Below, piece by piece: positions 1 through 9,441 of a stretch of 64,000 nt of DNA. The translations under genes were made by a program, and so were the position numbers. Position 1 is the stretch's first letter. Each line of letters begins with the position of its first letter. Where the stretch lies: positions 1 to 64,000 of IMG/VR virus record IMGVR_UViG_3300023184_000027, one strand, 5' to 3'. The notes beneath the pieces were generated by a model that did no database searches, was not told the origin of the DNA, and was given only the letters and a program-made list of their open reading frames with translations.

Positions 1-344
1 ATAAGATTATGGAAAATATGTGTAGTAATTGCGGTTTTTATAAAACCCCTCCTTTATTTTGGGGTGGAAGTACAGAACCATCATTGTGTGATTGTCCAAA
101 AGAAAGAAGTTATAGTGAGGAAGAAGTTAACAAGATGTTTGATACGTTAAAAATAAATTCAGTTGATAACGTAGCAACAATCCATAACGTAGACTTGTTT
201 ATTAGTAGTTGGAAACAAGAATTTAAAAATAAATAAGATATGGATAAAACAGGTAAGTTAATTATTTGGGCAATGCTAATTAGTTTTTTACTTGGCATAC
301 TAATGGGAGTTGCAATAATGCAGTAATTAAAAAAAAATAAGATT

Positions 345-686
345 ATGAAATCACACTTTAGAAAAACGGAGTATTACACCTCCCACAACGCAAACGCTCC
401 GGTAGAGTTAGACAGCGAAAAATTCCCCGACTTTAAGGGAGAAACAGAAGAAGAGTTTTTACAATACATCTTTGATAATTTAGATGGATGGGTTGAGGGA
501 GATGATGAATTACCATTTGATGAAGAAACTCAAAACGCATTAGGTGAATTACAATATGGGTCAATGACAGAATATTGGGGTTCTTATCAAAATTATTTTG
601 AAGGAGACCTTCAGATAGGTAAATCAACACCTGATGAGAATTATAAACAAGGTAATTTTGAAATTAACCATTCATTATCCATTTAA
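345..686 (+). CDS. Acidic hypothetical protein (PVEL..FP..G.T family, paralogue of 5198-5419 and 7114-7407)
   Basis: ORF; shared motif PVELDSEKFPDFKGETEEEFLQYI. Confidence 0.7.
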   Translation: MKSHFRKTEYYTSHNANAPVELDSEKFPDFKGETEEEFLQYIFDNLDGWVEGDDELPFDEETQNALGELQYGSMTEYWGSYQNYFEGDLQIGKSTPDENYKQGNFEINHSLSI

Positions 687-694
687 TAACAAAT

Positions 695-726
695 AAAAAC
701 CCTCACTTAACGGTGGGGGTTTCTTT
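695..726. terminator. Bidirectional intrinsic terminator between convergent genes
   Basis: AAAAACCCTCAC-TTAACG-GTGGGGGTTTCTTTT hairpin flanked by A/T runs. Confidence 0.7.
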
Positions 727-1038
727 TTAAAATAAATTGAGGGATGTAATTCGTTTATCCGTAATTTTTTCAACAACTTCAGTCATCAAAGATTTTAATC
801 TTTTATAATCAATACCTAATTGATTTGTGATATCACTAATGGTTTTAATACTAAACGCCATATCATCACCTATTTCATCATAAATAATGATAATATCACC
901 ATTTCTTAACGAAACCCATTGTTCTTCTTCACCATAGGTATCGTTTCGTCTCATTTTAGATACCACTTTTTTCTCTAATGGACCAATAAATTTGATGATA
1001 ACATCAATTAATTTATTTTCAGTAATCAATACTTTCAT
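727..1038 (-). CDS. Hypothetical protein with MKxxITE leader
   Basis: N-terminus MKVLITENKL; GTATTTAAT upstream. Confidence 0.7.
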   Translation of the reverse strand: MKVLITENKLIDVIIKFIGPLEKKVVSKMRRNDTYGEEEQWVSLRNGDIIIIYDEIGDDMAFSIKTISDITNQLGIDYKRLKSLMTEVVEKITDKRITSLNLF

Positions 1039-1134
1039 ACTATTAAATACTATTATTTTCCATTATAATGTAATATAACCCAATATTAAGACATTTTTTT
1101 CCACTAAAAGTGGTATTTTGGCAAATATTTTCCA

Positions 1135-1527
1135 CTATTCTATTGTTTTAACAGGAATATTAAAGTTATCCCAAAACCAATCAATAAATGGTTTGTGCCA
1201 TCTATGACCAAATAAACCATTTAATTGGTCTAGTTTATCAGTGTCTTCAAACTCTAATATTGGAGATTTTTCAATCATTTCTTTTAAAAAAACAGGACTT
1301 AAAGTTTCGGTTTCTTCACTACGCCAATAATCCTCACCATACCATCTGAATAGAGTGTTATCGCCACCATCTTCATAATCATCTGTATAGAATTCTATTG
1401 CATAATCAACTTCATTACCCCAATCATCTATGCCTGGTGTCCATCCAATATTATCAACATCAAACATACTATTAATATATTTGAGTATTAAATCATACAC
1501 TTTATCTTCAGTTATTATAATTTTCAT
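1135..1527 (-). CDS. Hypothetical protein, ITE leader + WF..N..PVK C-terminal family
   Basis: MKIIITEDKV; C-terminal WFWDNFNIPVKTIE. Confidence 0.75.
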   Translation of the reverse strand: MKIIITEDKVYDLILKYINSMFDVDNIGWTPGIDDWGNEVDYAIEFYTDDYEDGGDNTLFRWYGEDYWRSEETETLSPVFLKEMIEKSPILEFEDTDKLDQLNGLFGHRWHKPFIDWFWDNFNIPVKTIE

Positions 1528-1538
1528 ATTTATAAATA

Positions 1539-2384
1539 TTAAATTAAATCGGATAAGGGTAAAATATCAATAGAATTATCACCATAATTGGTAACAATAA
1601 CATTAGTATCATTTGACGCTATCCCATGAGGAAAACTAAATCCGGGGATTGTTTTAATAAAACTTAACTTATCGTCGATTAGTTTAAAATGTAATAATGA
1701 ATCTTGAGCTTGTAAGGTTATAAAACCATCCTCACCACTCAAACAAACCGCGTCAGTCTGACCATAAAAAGTTAATTCATCTATTTGTTTTAAACTAGGA
1801 TATTCAAATAAATATAAAATAGAATCGGTCACAGTAACTTTATTTGTCGCCGATGGTCGGCTACTTGAAGATGAGATTAATATTCTATCGTTGATGATTA
1901 AAATATCTTTAGGGTAATGCTTGAAATTATTAAATTGACGAACATAACCACTGTTAATATTCACATAGAAACATCCCCTATATGTATTATTACTTGTATT
2001 AGTAACAATCACATTATCATTATCAATGATTCTACACCCGTGTATTTGGTCTATTTGTTTTTTAACAATATCTTTAACAAAAACAATTTTATTATCAATT
2101 AAATTAAAAATAGAAATAACACCATATCCATTACCGGTTGATATTATTAACCCATCTTTATAATCAATTAAATCAGGACAATAATTTGTGGTAATTTCAT
2201 CTATGATGGTAAAATCGCCATTCTCAATGGTAATTAAATATATTTTTTTATTTAAAAATGATGCCACCAAAATTAAATTATCAGTCACAAATGAAACCGA
2301 TGTTGCCGTCGCATGTCTTTTATTTTGTCCAGCAAAAACTGTTGGGTATTTTTCTAAATTAAAATCCGGTAATTTAAATTTCAT
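1539..2384 (-). CDS. Beta-propeller-like protein (YncE/NHL-like)
   Basis: Repeated beta blades, PHGI/IHG motifs, VTNYGDNSI. Confidence 0.55.
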   Translation of the reverse strand: MKFKLPDFNLEKYPTVFAGQNKRHATATSVSFVTDNLILVASFLNKKIYLITIENGDFTIIDEITTNYCPDLIDYKDGLIISTGNGYGVISIFNLIDNKIVFVKDIVKKQIDQIHGCRIIDNDNVIVTNTSNNTYRGCFYVNINSGYVRQFNNFKHYPKDILIINDRILISSSSSRPSATNKVTVTDSILYLFEYPSLKQIDELTFYGQTDAVCLSGEDGFITLQAQDSLLHFKLIDDKLSFIKTIPGFSFPHGIASNDTNVIVTNYGDNSIDILPLSDLI

Positions 2385-2385
2385 A

Positions 2386-3093
2386 TTAATTAATTTTATA
2401 GTATTCTTTTATTTCTTTAATGGGGTTTGTCCATTTCCTTAAATATTTTTTTTTAGCAAATGCTTTCACATATACCGACCTTAATTTAGATGATAGATTT
2501 GTCTCTTTATCCACAGTTAGATTAACAGTGTGGATTCTTCTGTGAAATTGAGGTTCTTTAATTAACACAGATTTAATTTTATTATGTTTTAATCTATAGG
2601 AAAATTCAACATCTGCATGACATATCCAATTTTCAAAACCGATTAAATTATTAAATAATGTTTTCTTAATCCCTAAGATTGCAAAAGCGGTTTCCTCACC
2701 CTTAATTGTTTTAATATCATCAACTATTTTAAAATTTAAAAATTTAAAATTAACAACATCAAATGATTCAATATTCTCATAAAAATTATTTAACATCCCA
2801 TCAATCATTAAATCATCAGAGTCAAAAAATAAAACATACTCAAACATTGATTCATTAATTAAATTATTTTTAATAATGTAAGGACCAACATTCTCATTGA
2901 AATGGAAAACTTTTATGTCCCGATAAAACTCCTCGTTTTCTTGTATATGTTTTAATGTTTCTTCACAATTATCTATCCCCACAATTATCTCAACATCAAA
3001 ATTAACATTTTGAGATTGGATGGATTGAATACATTCTTTTAAATATTCAGGGACTTTATGTGTTGGTATTATTATTGAAATTCCGTTAGTCAT
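2386..3093 (-). CDS. Glycosyltransferase family 2
   Basis: ISIIIPTH...ECIQSI..Q, N.GPY..KN, FFDSDD (DxD). Confidence 0.85.
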   Translation of the reverse strand: MTNGISIIIPTHKVPEYLKECIQSIQSQNVNFDVEIIVGIDNCEETLKHIQENEEFYRDIKVFHFNENVGPYIIKNNLINESMFEYVLFFDSDDLMIDGMLNNFYENIESFDVVNFKFLNFKIVDDIKTIKGEETAFAILGIKKTLFNNLIGFENWICHADVEFSYRLKHNKIKSVLIKEPQFHRRIHTVNLTVDKETNLSSKLRSVYVKAFAKKKYLRKWTNPIKEIKEYYKIN

Positions 3094-3116
3094 ACTATTA
3101 AATAATGTTTATATTA

Positions 3117-3142
3117 AAAATCCCCTCTAATTGAGGGGATTA
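3117..3142. terminator. Intrinsic terminator
   Basis: AATCCCCTC-TAATT-GAGGGGATT hairpin. Confidence 0.7.
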
Positions 3143-3144
3143 AA

Positions 3145-3597
3145 TTATATTTCTTCACCAAATAAATCATCTGTCCATCGTTCAGGGACAAGAACCACAA
3201 TATAACCTTTTGTTACATTAACAGCGGATGTTGGTAATAAGTTATTGATTTCTTCTAATAGTTCCTCATTTTCCTTAAAAACGATTCGTAATTTACCATC
3301 TTCAGCGGTATCAACAACTTTATGCTTATTATTTTCCATAATGGACTTGAAGTTTTCAATATCACCAAATTTATCTTCGGTTTCAATATCCAAATCACCA
3401 GTTAAAAATCTTTCAGGGACACTACTTTCACCTCCAGTTTTTAAATATTTAATTTCTTCGTCTGTCATTCCTTCAAGACCAACCTCATTATATAAATCCA
3501 AGATACTATCGTAATAATCGGTATCAAATTGTTCCGTCATAATTAATTTAATAATATCTTTTAATTCAGATTCTGTTAATTTTATAATCTTTGCCAT
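3145..3597 (-). CDS. Acidic hypothetical protein with KLTESEL leader
   Basis: MAKIIKLTESELKDIIKLIMTEQ; ATATTTATA upstream. Confidence 0.7.
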   Translation of the reverse strand: MAKIIKLTESELKDIIKLIMTEQFDTDYYDSILDLYNEVGLEGMTDEEIKYLKTGGESSVPERFLTGDLDIETEDKFGDIENFKSIMENNKHKVVDTAEDGKLRIVFKENEELLEEINNLLPTSAVNVTKGYIVVLVPERWTDDLFGEEI

Positions 3598-3796
3598 AAT
3601 TAGTTTTATCTATAAATATCTAATGAAATCGTTTATCCATTTTATAACACTTTTTTTAATGTTATATAAATTAGATGTGTTAAAAATATTACCGATATTA
3701 AGATAATAAATCCCAATAATATAAGACCTCCGGTTATTAAAAATTTTAAAAAAGTTTCCATATATTAAATTTAATAAAAGTTAAATAACAAATCAA

Positions 3797-3828
3797 TTTG
3801 ATTGTCTCAAAATTAATAATTATATTTG
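3797..3828 (+). promoter_or_regulatory. Bacteroidetes-type sigma-A promoter (-33 TTTG / -7 TAnnTTTG)
   Basis: TTTG-N20-TATATTTG just upstream of ATG 3833. Confidence 0.7.
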
Positions 3829-3832
3829 GGTT

Positions 3833-5056
3833 ATGGAAGAAATAATTAACAAACTAATAAAATATCATATAAAGGGTGTGGATACTTACACTTACAATGA
3901 CTCCACTTGGTTAATCTTTACGAAGACCAAACAATGGGTGATAGAATTAACCGATGGAAAAACTCTATGGTATAATTATAGTTTTTTTAATACCGTATTT
4001 TCTTTTGTATCGTTGGAGGTTGTTCAAAACCAACACCTCATTACAAAATGGGTGGAAGATAATGTGATAAATAAAGTAGAAGACATTTATTTTAGAGATG
4101 CCCGAGATAAAAAACAACAATTTGAAGACACCCTTGAATATGGGGTGAAACGAACCTTAAACGCTGTTGGAGACCCTAAACTTTTAATTGAAGACACTAT
4201 TGAAAATGGGGTGAAAAACATTAGAAATGTAAGGGTTAAACGGTTAGATTCTGTTGAAGACACAATTCAAAATGGGGTTAAGACTACCTACGCTTATCCT
4301 GACACATCCAAAGTTGGTGTTAATGACACCATACAAAATGGTGTGAAGAGTACCAAACCTTATGATTATGAACAAATCCCCGATGTTAATTATGTTATTG
4401 AAAATGGTGTTAAAGAAACACAATTTAACACTTACGAAAATAAAAGTTGGATTGAAGGCATTATTAAAGAAGGTGTAAAACAAACCTTACCTGAAGTGGG
4501 AAAATATATTAACGATGTTGAAGAGGTAATTCAAGAGGGGATAAATCATACTCAACCTCATCTTATAAAAAATAGATATATCGTTGAAGAGGTAATTGAA
4601 GATGGTGTTAAAAGTTCTCACCCACTCCAATATATCTCAAAAGAGATAATTGATGGGGTGGTTAATGATGGTATAATAGAAACCCACGATGATACATACC
4701 ACCACAAAGGAAGAATAGATGGCGTAATTAAGAATGGAGTTAAAGAAACTAAAACAACCGGTAATGATGACCTTACAGCAACTTTTCAATGGATGGATGA
4801 AAATAAAACCGATGATGTTCCCAAAATGATTGATGATATAATTGAGAATGGTATTAAAAAAACAAAACCCGCTAATGGTGACCTTGTATCCGCTATTGAA
4901 TGGATGGATGAAAATAAAACTTTGAATGTCCCCAAAATGATTGATGATATAATTGAGAATGGGGAAAAGATAAATGGAACTTATGCTGGTGGTCAACGTC
5001 AAAGTGAAAAATGTAAATCCGTTGTTGAATATGGAATAAAAAACCCCACCGATTAG
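3833..5056 (+). CDS. Tandem-repeat protein (about 22-aa I.NGVK repeats)
   Basis: About 13 repeats ending IENGVK/IQNGVK; near-exact DNA duplication 4789-4850 vs 4900-4961. Confidence 0.75.
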   Translation: MEEIINKLIKYHIKGVDTYTYNDSTWLIFTKTKQWVIELTDGKTLWYNYSFFNTVFSFVSLEVVQNQHLITKWVEDNVINKVEDIYFRDARDKKQQFEDTLEYGVKRTLNAVGDPKLLIEDTIENGVKNIRNVRVKRLDSVEDTIQNGVKTTYAYPDTSKVGVNDTIQNGVKSTKPYDYEQIPDVNYVIENGVKETQFNTYENKSWIEGIIKEGVKQTLPEVGKYINDVEEVIQEGINHTQPHLIKNRYIVEEVIEDGVKSSHPLQYISKEIIDGVVNDGIIETHDDTYHHKGRIDGVIKNGVKETKTTGNDDLTATFQWMDENKTDDVPKMIDDIIENGIKKTKPANGDLVSAIEWMDENKTLNVPKMIDDIIENGEKINGTYAGGQRQSEKCKSVVEYGIKNPTD

Positions 5057-5071
5057 GATGGGATTTTTTTT
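5039..5071. terminator. Bidirectional terminator
   Basis: AAAAACCCCACC...GGATGGGATTTTTTTT. Confidence 0.6.
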
Positions 5072-5186
5072 ACATCTCAGATTTTAATCTTCTGATAATT
5101 TCGTTGTTTTTATTAATTATTTTTAATTTCTTAACAACATTTACTCTGTTTTTTTTAGGTTTCCCTAGTTTTTTTGATTTAGACAT
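5070..5186 (-). CDS. Small lysine-rich protein (38 aa, not in ORF track)
   Basis: Translated by eye: MSKSKKLGKPKKNRVNVVKKLKIINKNNEIIRRLKSEM. Confidence 0.5.
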   Translation of the reverse strand: MSKSKKLGKPKKNRVNVVKKLKIINKNNEIIRRLKSEM

Positions 5187-5197
5187 AATAATAAAAT

Positions 5198-5419
5198 TTA
5201 AATAAGTGTGGCGGCAATATTATCGTCCCACATCCCAAACCCTTCAGCTGAGTTTTCATTAATATAATCCAACACTTCGTGATAACTTTTTCCTTCTAAT
5301 TGAGGAAACTCACTTAAATAAAATGAGATATTAGATGTTAAAGTGATAAGAGACAAACCATCCTCTTCCATTCTTTCAAATTGATTGGGTGTTTGTACAA
5401 TAGTTAATTCTTCTTCCAT
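5198..5419 (-). CDS. Small acidic protein (FPQLEG family)
   Basis: SEFPQLEGKSYHEVLDYINEN resembles 345-686 and 7114-7407. Confidence 0.6.
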   Translation of the reverse strand: MEEELTIVQTPNQFERMEEDGLSLITLTSNISFYLSEFPQLEGKSYHEVLDYINENSAEGFGMWDDNIAATLI

Positions 5420-5479
5420 AATATAGTTTTTTATTATAAATATCTAGATTATTAAAAAAATTGGATTATATGATTTTTA

Positions 5480-5851
5480 TTACCAAGTTCTACACGCCCA
5501 ATATCTCGCTTTCCATCTTGGACCAGGAGTATCACAATTCATTCTTGCTCTAAAAGATTTTCTTCTTGCTGGATTATTCTTTTTGATTACCATTCTTTTA
5601 CCTTTGGCGGATTTTCCTCCAAATCCAAAATTTACCTTAACAACATTTCCTTTGTCGTTCTTAACATACACTTTAAACTTTTTTATATCGCCTTGCATAA
5701 TTTTACCAAGTTGGACTTTTCGTCCCTGATATTCAGCTTCCGTTAGTAAATCACCAACAACAAAGTTGGTTTCCTCAACGGAGCCATAAAAACTATCGTC
5801 TATATTGTTAAATAGTTTTTCGTACTGTGATTCTGTAATTATTAATTTCAT
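5480..5851 (-). CDS. Basic phage protein with ITE leader
   Basis: MKLIITESQY...LLTE then EAEYQGRKV...KVNFG...RKSFRARMNC...ARYWAC, a motif set I recognise from large-phage hypothetical proteins. Confidence 0.75.
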   Translation of the reverse strand: MKLIITESQYEKLFNNIDDSFYGSVEETNFVVGDLLTEAEYQGRKVQLGKIMQGDIKKFKVYVKNDKGNVVKVNFGFGGKSAKGKRMVIKKNNPARRKSFRARMNCDTPGPRWKARYWACRTW

Positions 5852-5946
5852 TTCTTTTCGTAATGAGTCATCGTTGGTTTATTCTCACCTTCGGCTAAAT
5901 AACCCTCCAATATCGTTTCTTGTCTTTCAGTAATTATAAGTTTCAT
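5848..5946 (-). CDS. Leader-only mini-ORF (32 aa, not in ORF track)
   Basis: MKLIITERQETILEGYLAEGENKPTMTHYEKK; stop overlaps next start (ATGA); ATATTTAT upstream. Confidence 0.55.
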   Translation of the reverse strand: MKLIITERQETILEGYLAEGENKPTMTHYEKK

Positions 5947-5966
5947 ATAAATAAATATCCCCCAAT

Positions 5967-6218
5967 TCAAAAAGAGAAGGGGATTACATATAATTTATAT
6001 TTCTCGGAGAACCATTTTCCCACCACTTTATGATAATTTCCTGACCCAAACCAATTTACTAAATCTAAATGAACCTTACCTACTACACCAATTTGATTAA
6101 GACTTTTATGATATATCAAAACACCATTAATACCAATAGATTTTTCACTTTCATACACTTCTCTATTACCATAGGTAAGTTCCAAATATTTTAGTATAAC
6201 TTTTTCTTTCTTATCCAT
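5967..6218 (-). CDS. Small protein of WF.EKY.L family
   Basis: C-terminal WFSEKYKLYV. Confidence 0.7.
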   Translation of the reverse strand: MDKKEKVILKYLELTYGNREVYESEKSIGINGVLIYHKSLNQIGVVGKVHLDLVNWFGSGNYHKVVGKWFSEKYKLYVIPFSF

Positions 6219-6475
6219 TACAAAACCATTAATACCGGTAAATTATACTTCTCTTTAAACCACTCACCCAAATAATCCTGAAATTCTTTTCTTTCAATAC
6301 CAAACATTGCCGAAACCTCGTCAAGTAAATTACCACCATAAAACACAATTTCAGTCTCAGGCGAATATCCAAATCCTTTTTTATTATTGGGTTTTAACCA
6401 ACCAGGGTCGTTAACATCCGGAATTAGTTCCCCATAATAAAACACATCAAAATATTTGAATATTGACTTTTTCAT
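6218..6475 (-). CDS. Small protein of WF.EKY.LPV family
   Basis: C-terminal WFKEKYNLPV; TATCTTTG promoter at 6480-6487 (minus). Confidence 0.7.
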   Translation of the reverse strand: MKKSIFKYFDVFYYGELIPDVNDPGWLKPNNKKGFGYSPETEIVFYGGNLLDEVSAMFGIERKEFQDYLGEWFKEKYNLPVLMVL

Positions 6476-6499
6476 TTGGCAAAGATAATAAAAAAATAT

Positions 6500-6895
6500 T
6501 TACCGACCAAACAATTCAAAAAATTTGTCCTGATTAGTTTTTTCTGGTGGGATAATTAATGATTCAACCTTAAATGTTACAAAGTCCATACCAGTATAGG
6601 TCATCTTAAAATAATCATTTAACATTAATTCATAACTTGTCTTATCACCCAAAACCAAAATATTCTCGTGACAAAATATATTAACACCAACAAGAAATTT
6701 TTTAATAGGTTCAAAATTATGGGGGTCATACATAGTTGTTATCCTAAATCCAGCCGACACAATGTCTCTAATCTCAGGACGAGTCTTTAAGATAACCGAT
6801 TTAAAATTATCAGGTATTTCAATTTCCCTATTTTGTAGAGAGTTCTCGTATAATACCCGAATCTCATCCATACTTAAATTATATTCATTTTCCAT
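6500..6895 (-). CDS. Hypothetical protein
   Basis: ORF co-oriented with neighbours. Confidence 0.6.
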   Translation of the reverse strand: MENEYNLSMDEIRVLYENSLQNREIEIPDNFKSVILKTRPEIRDIVSAGFRITTMYDPHNFEPIKKFLVGVNIFCHENILVLGDKTSYELMLNDYFKMTYTGMDFVTFKVESLIIPPEKTNQDKFFELFGR

Positions 6896-7113
6896 AACCT
6901 ATTTCTTTTTAACAAATTCAATAACTAATCTTATTATAAGTCCGGCAATAATACCAAACAAAGCAAATATAGTTTCTCTCATAACTTTTATTTTTATACA
7001 AGTATAATAAATAAAAAACCCCCAATCAAGGGGGTTAAATTTTATTCTTCTTCTTCGTCGTCATCGGGATTCTAATAATCCAAAACTGAGTTTTTTTGGT
7101 GCTTCTGACATAA

Positions 7114-7407
7114 TTAAAACATTTTAGCTACAGCGTTAATTTCTTGGGTCTCATTCGTAATTTTATCTCTACGAATATCCATATCGTTAAGTTGTTCCTC
7201 AAGTGAATCATAACCAAATTCATCATTGGTTGGTTTCATTTCCGAAGCGTTGGATTCAACATAATCAATAGCTTGTTCTTTAGTCATACCTTCCAATTCA
7301 GGATAATCTTCAAGGTTTAATTCCACCGGTTCTTTTGTAATTGATGTTTCATAATATTCTCTAGCGAATACTGCAATTGTTTTTGGGTTTTCTGTTTGTT
7401 CTGACAT
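7114..7407 (-). CDS. Acidic protein (PVEL..YPELEG family)
   Basis: PVELNLEDYPELEGMTKEQAIDYV. Confidence 0.7.
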   Translation of the reverse strand: MSEQTENPKTIAVFAREYYETSITKEPVELNLEDYPELEGMTKEQAIDYVESNASEMKPTNDEFGYDSLEEQLNDMDIRRDKITNETQEINAVAKMF

Positions 7408-7471
7408 AATGTTTAAGTTTTTTTATAAAGATACAAATAAAAAACCCCACTGTCAAGGTGGGGAGTTAAAT

Positions 7472-7777
7472 TTAATGTTTTATTTGTGTTTGTAAAAAAT
7501 AATTTTCTATTCTTTTCATATCTTCTTCCAATCTTTTAATTCTGGTGGATTGTTCCACATCCATAGGCCAAGCGTTATGTCCGTTAGCACTTTCTTCTAT
7601 CGCCACATTGGTTCTGTCTGATTTATCTTTTAACATTTCATAACTATGTTCCAAGTTAGTTAATCTACCACTAACCTCCGAATACGCCCACACAGCCATA
7701 GAAACAGCTATAACAATTTGAATTAACCACTTAATATTTAAGTTTATTTCCGTTGAATCATTTAATTTATTTTCCAT
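7472..7777 (-). CDS. Membrane-anchored coiled-coil protein
   Basis: N-terminal hydrophobic segment WLIQIVIAVSMAVWAY followed by heptad-like region. Confidence 0.55.
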   Translation of the reverse strand: MENKLNDSTEINLNIKWLIQIVIAVSMAVWAYSEVSGRLTNLEHSYEMLKDKSDRTNVAIEESANGHNAWPMDVEQSTRIKRLEEDMKRIENYFLQTQIKH

Positions 7778-7821
7778 ATATATAAATATTTGAAAAGTAA
7801 ATAGAATTCACTAAATTTAAA

Positions 7822-8100
7822 TTATTCTGAAATATCTTCAATACCGGCATCAGGAAAATTATCTTGAAGGTATCTCAACATTAAATCATTTGAGTTTCCC
7901 CCAAAGAAATCCTCCAACTCATCTTCCATATCATAACTTGCAAATATAAAACTACTTTTATTTTTCCATCCAAAAACATCCCCGTAACTCTTTAAATTTT
8001 GAAACTCCTTATGTTCGGGGTCATAAATTAAATTTGTTCGGTGATTAATATATTTAACGAACGCATCGTACATTCTACTTTCGGTGATTAGTATTTTCAT
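7822..8100 (-). CDS. Hypothetical protein with ITE leader
   Basis: MKILITESRM. Confidence 0.7.
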   Translation of the reverse strand: MKILITESRMYDAFVKYINHRTNLIYDPEHKEFQNLKSYGDVFGWKNKSSFIFASYDMEDELEDFFGGNSNDLMLRYLQDNFPDAGIEDISE

Positions 8101-8101
8101 A

Positions 8102-8425
8102 TTAATAATTTAAATCTGATATATAAAATCGTGAGTTAGTTAATTTGGGTTGGTCAAATTTATCGGCAACATATTCTTTACAAATACTCACCAATTCAGG
8201 GATGGATATACTAAACATATTTTTGACGATACCAAAGTCATCACCATTAAAGTTAATAATTTCAGTTTCTGTATCATAATCAAATGCAACACGACCATCA
8301 CCATTCATATATTCTAATAGAACATGGGGAGCCCTCATACTCATCCTTCGTCTCCCGTGTTTTTCATAACCTTTGAGAACCATATCAAAATATCTAAACA
8401 CAAGTTGTTTTATATTATTCATCAA
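8102..8425 (-). CDS. Hypothetical protein (WF-family-like)
   Basis: VFRYFD...MFSI...YVADKF pattern shared with 6218-6475. Confidence 0.6.
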   Translation of the reverse strand: MMNNIKQLVFRYFDMVLKGYEKHGRRRMSMRAPHVLLEYMNGDGRVAFDYDTETEIINFNGDDFGIVKNMFSISIPELVSICKEYVADKFDQPKLTNSRFYISDLNY

Positions 8426-8775
8426 GCAAAGTTATTTATGATATAATTTAGCCCAATACCCAAATGTTTAATACCAAGAATATTTAAAAAATCGGATTCC
8501 TCTATTTTACGATTTTGTTTTTCACTTAAAACCAATACACCATATTCTTTTTGAGGTTGGGCATAATAATTATTACCATCAATATGAAACAAATACATTG
8601 GACCAAAATTGTTAAGTAACCATCTAAACTCCTCTCTACCATCAGAGAACAAGTATTGACCTTTAGGTCCTAACTCAATCCAATTTGTAATCACTTCAAT
8701 ATGGTCAGACAAATCATATCCCACCTCCTTGGTAATTAAATCTTTTATTTTATTCTCCGTAATTATAAATTTCAT
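8422..8775 (-). CDS. Hypothetical protein with ITE leader
   Basis: MKFIITENKI. Confidence 0.7.
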   Translation of the reverse strand: MKFIITENKIKDLITKEVGYDLSDHIEVITNWIELGPKGQYLFSDGREEFRWLLNNFGPMYLFHIDGNNYYAQPQKEYGVLVLSEKQNRKIEESDFLNILGIKHLGIGLNYIINNFA

Positions 8776-8792
8776 ATTAATAAAAGGGGGGT

Positions 8793-9314
8793 TTAAAATT
8801 TTACTTTTGTTTTGATTGACTCTAAACCTTTACCAATAGCCTCAACCCATTTGTTTTGTCCTTTTAAACTATAGTAGTATTTTCCATTCTCTAACTTATA
8901 ATCATATGACTTATCATTGGTTGTATTTATCTTACTTGTCTGTAATTTACCACTATCTTGTTCCATTACCGATTTAAAACGACCAAGGTCTTTAGTTGTG
9001 ATTTCACCGGCGGAATCATCATGACAATAACCATCCCCTTTCTTACAAACCCAAATTGGAATGTTTTTTTCCTTAAGGTATCTTCCCATAGTATTATTAA
9101 AATCAACATTTGTCCAATTACCATCCAAAGGTAAATTAAGTTTGTAATATTTGTTAAAAAAAGCAGCTAGTTCTTTTGTCTCTTGAGATTTCGGTGAAGA
9201 CAATGCTTGAGGACTTAAAGTTTGCTGTTTTAATGCTTGTTCAGATAACATTTGTTTCTCCAATCTCATATTAGCTTCTTGGATATGTCTGATTTTACTA
9301 AAACTTCTATTCAT
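8793..9314 (-). CDS. Leader-bearing protein, possible peptidoglycan-binding-like domain
   Basis: MNRSFSKIRHIQEAN...LSEQ; L..DG.W motif (LPLDGNW). Confidence 0.5.
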   Translation of the reverse strand: MNRSFSKIRHIQEANMRLEKQMLSEQALKQQTLSPQALSSPKSQETKELAAFFNKYYKLNLPLDGNWTNVDFNNTMGRYLKEKNIPIWVCKKGDGYCHDDSAGEITTKDLGRFKSVMEQDSGKLQTSKINTTNDKSYDYKLENGKYYYSLKGQNKWVEAIGKGLESIKTKVKF

Positions 9315-9347
9315 AATATTATTTTAATATAAATATATCAACATTCC

Positions 9348-9405
9348 AAAAAAAGGGGGCGGGGGGATTTGAATACGACCGGAGGGAGTTCGGGTTATGT
9401 AATAG
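9348..9405 (+). repeat. Intergenic G-rich hairpin repeat, copy 1
   Basis: AAAAAGGGGGCGGGGGGATTTGAATACGACCGGAGGGAGTTCGGGTTATGTAATAG. Confidence 0.85.
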
Positions 9406-9441
9406 GCATAAAAAAACCCACTCGTTAAAGTGGGGTTTAAA

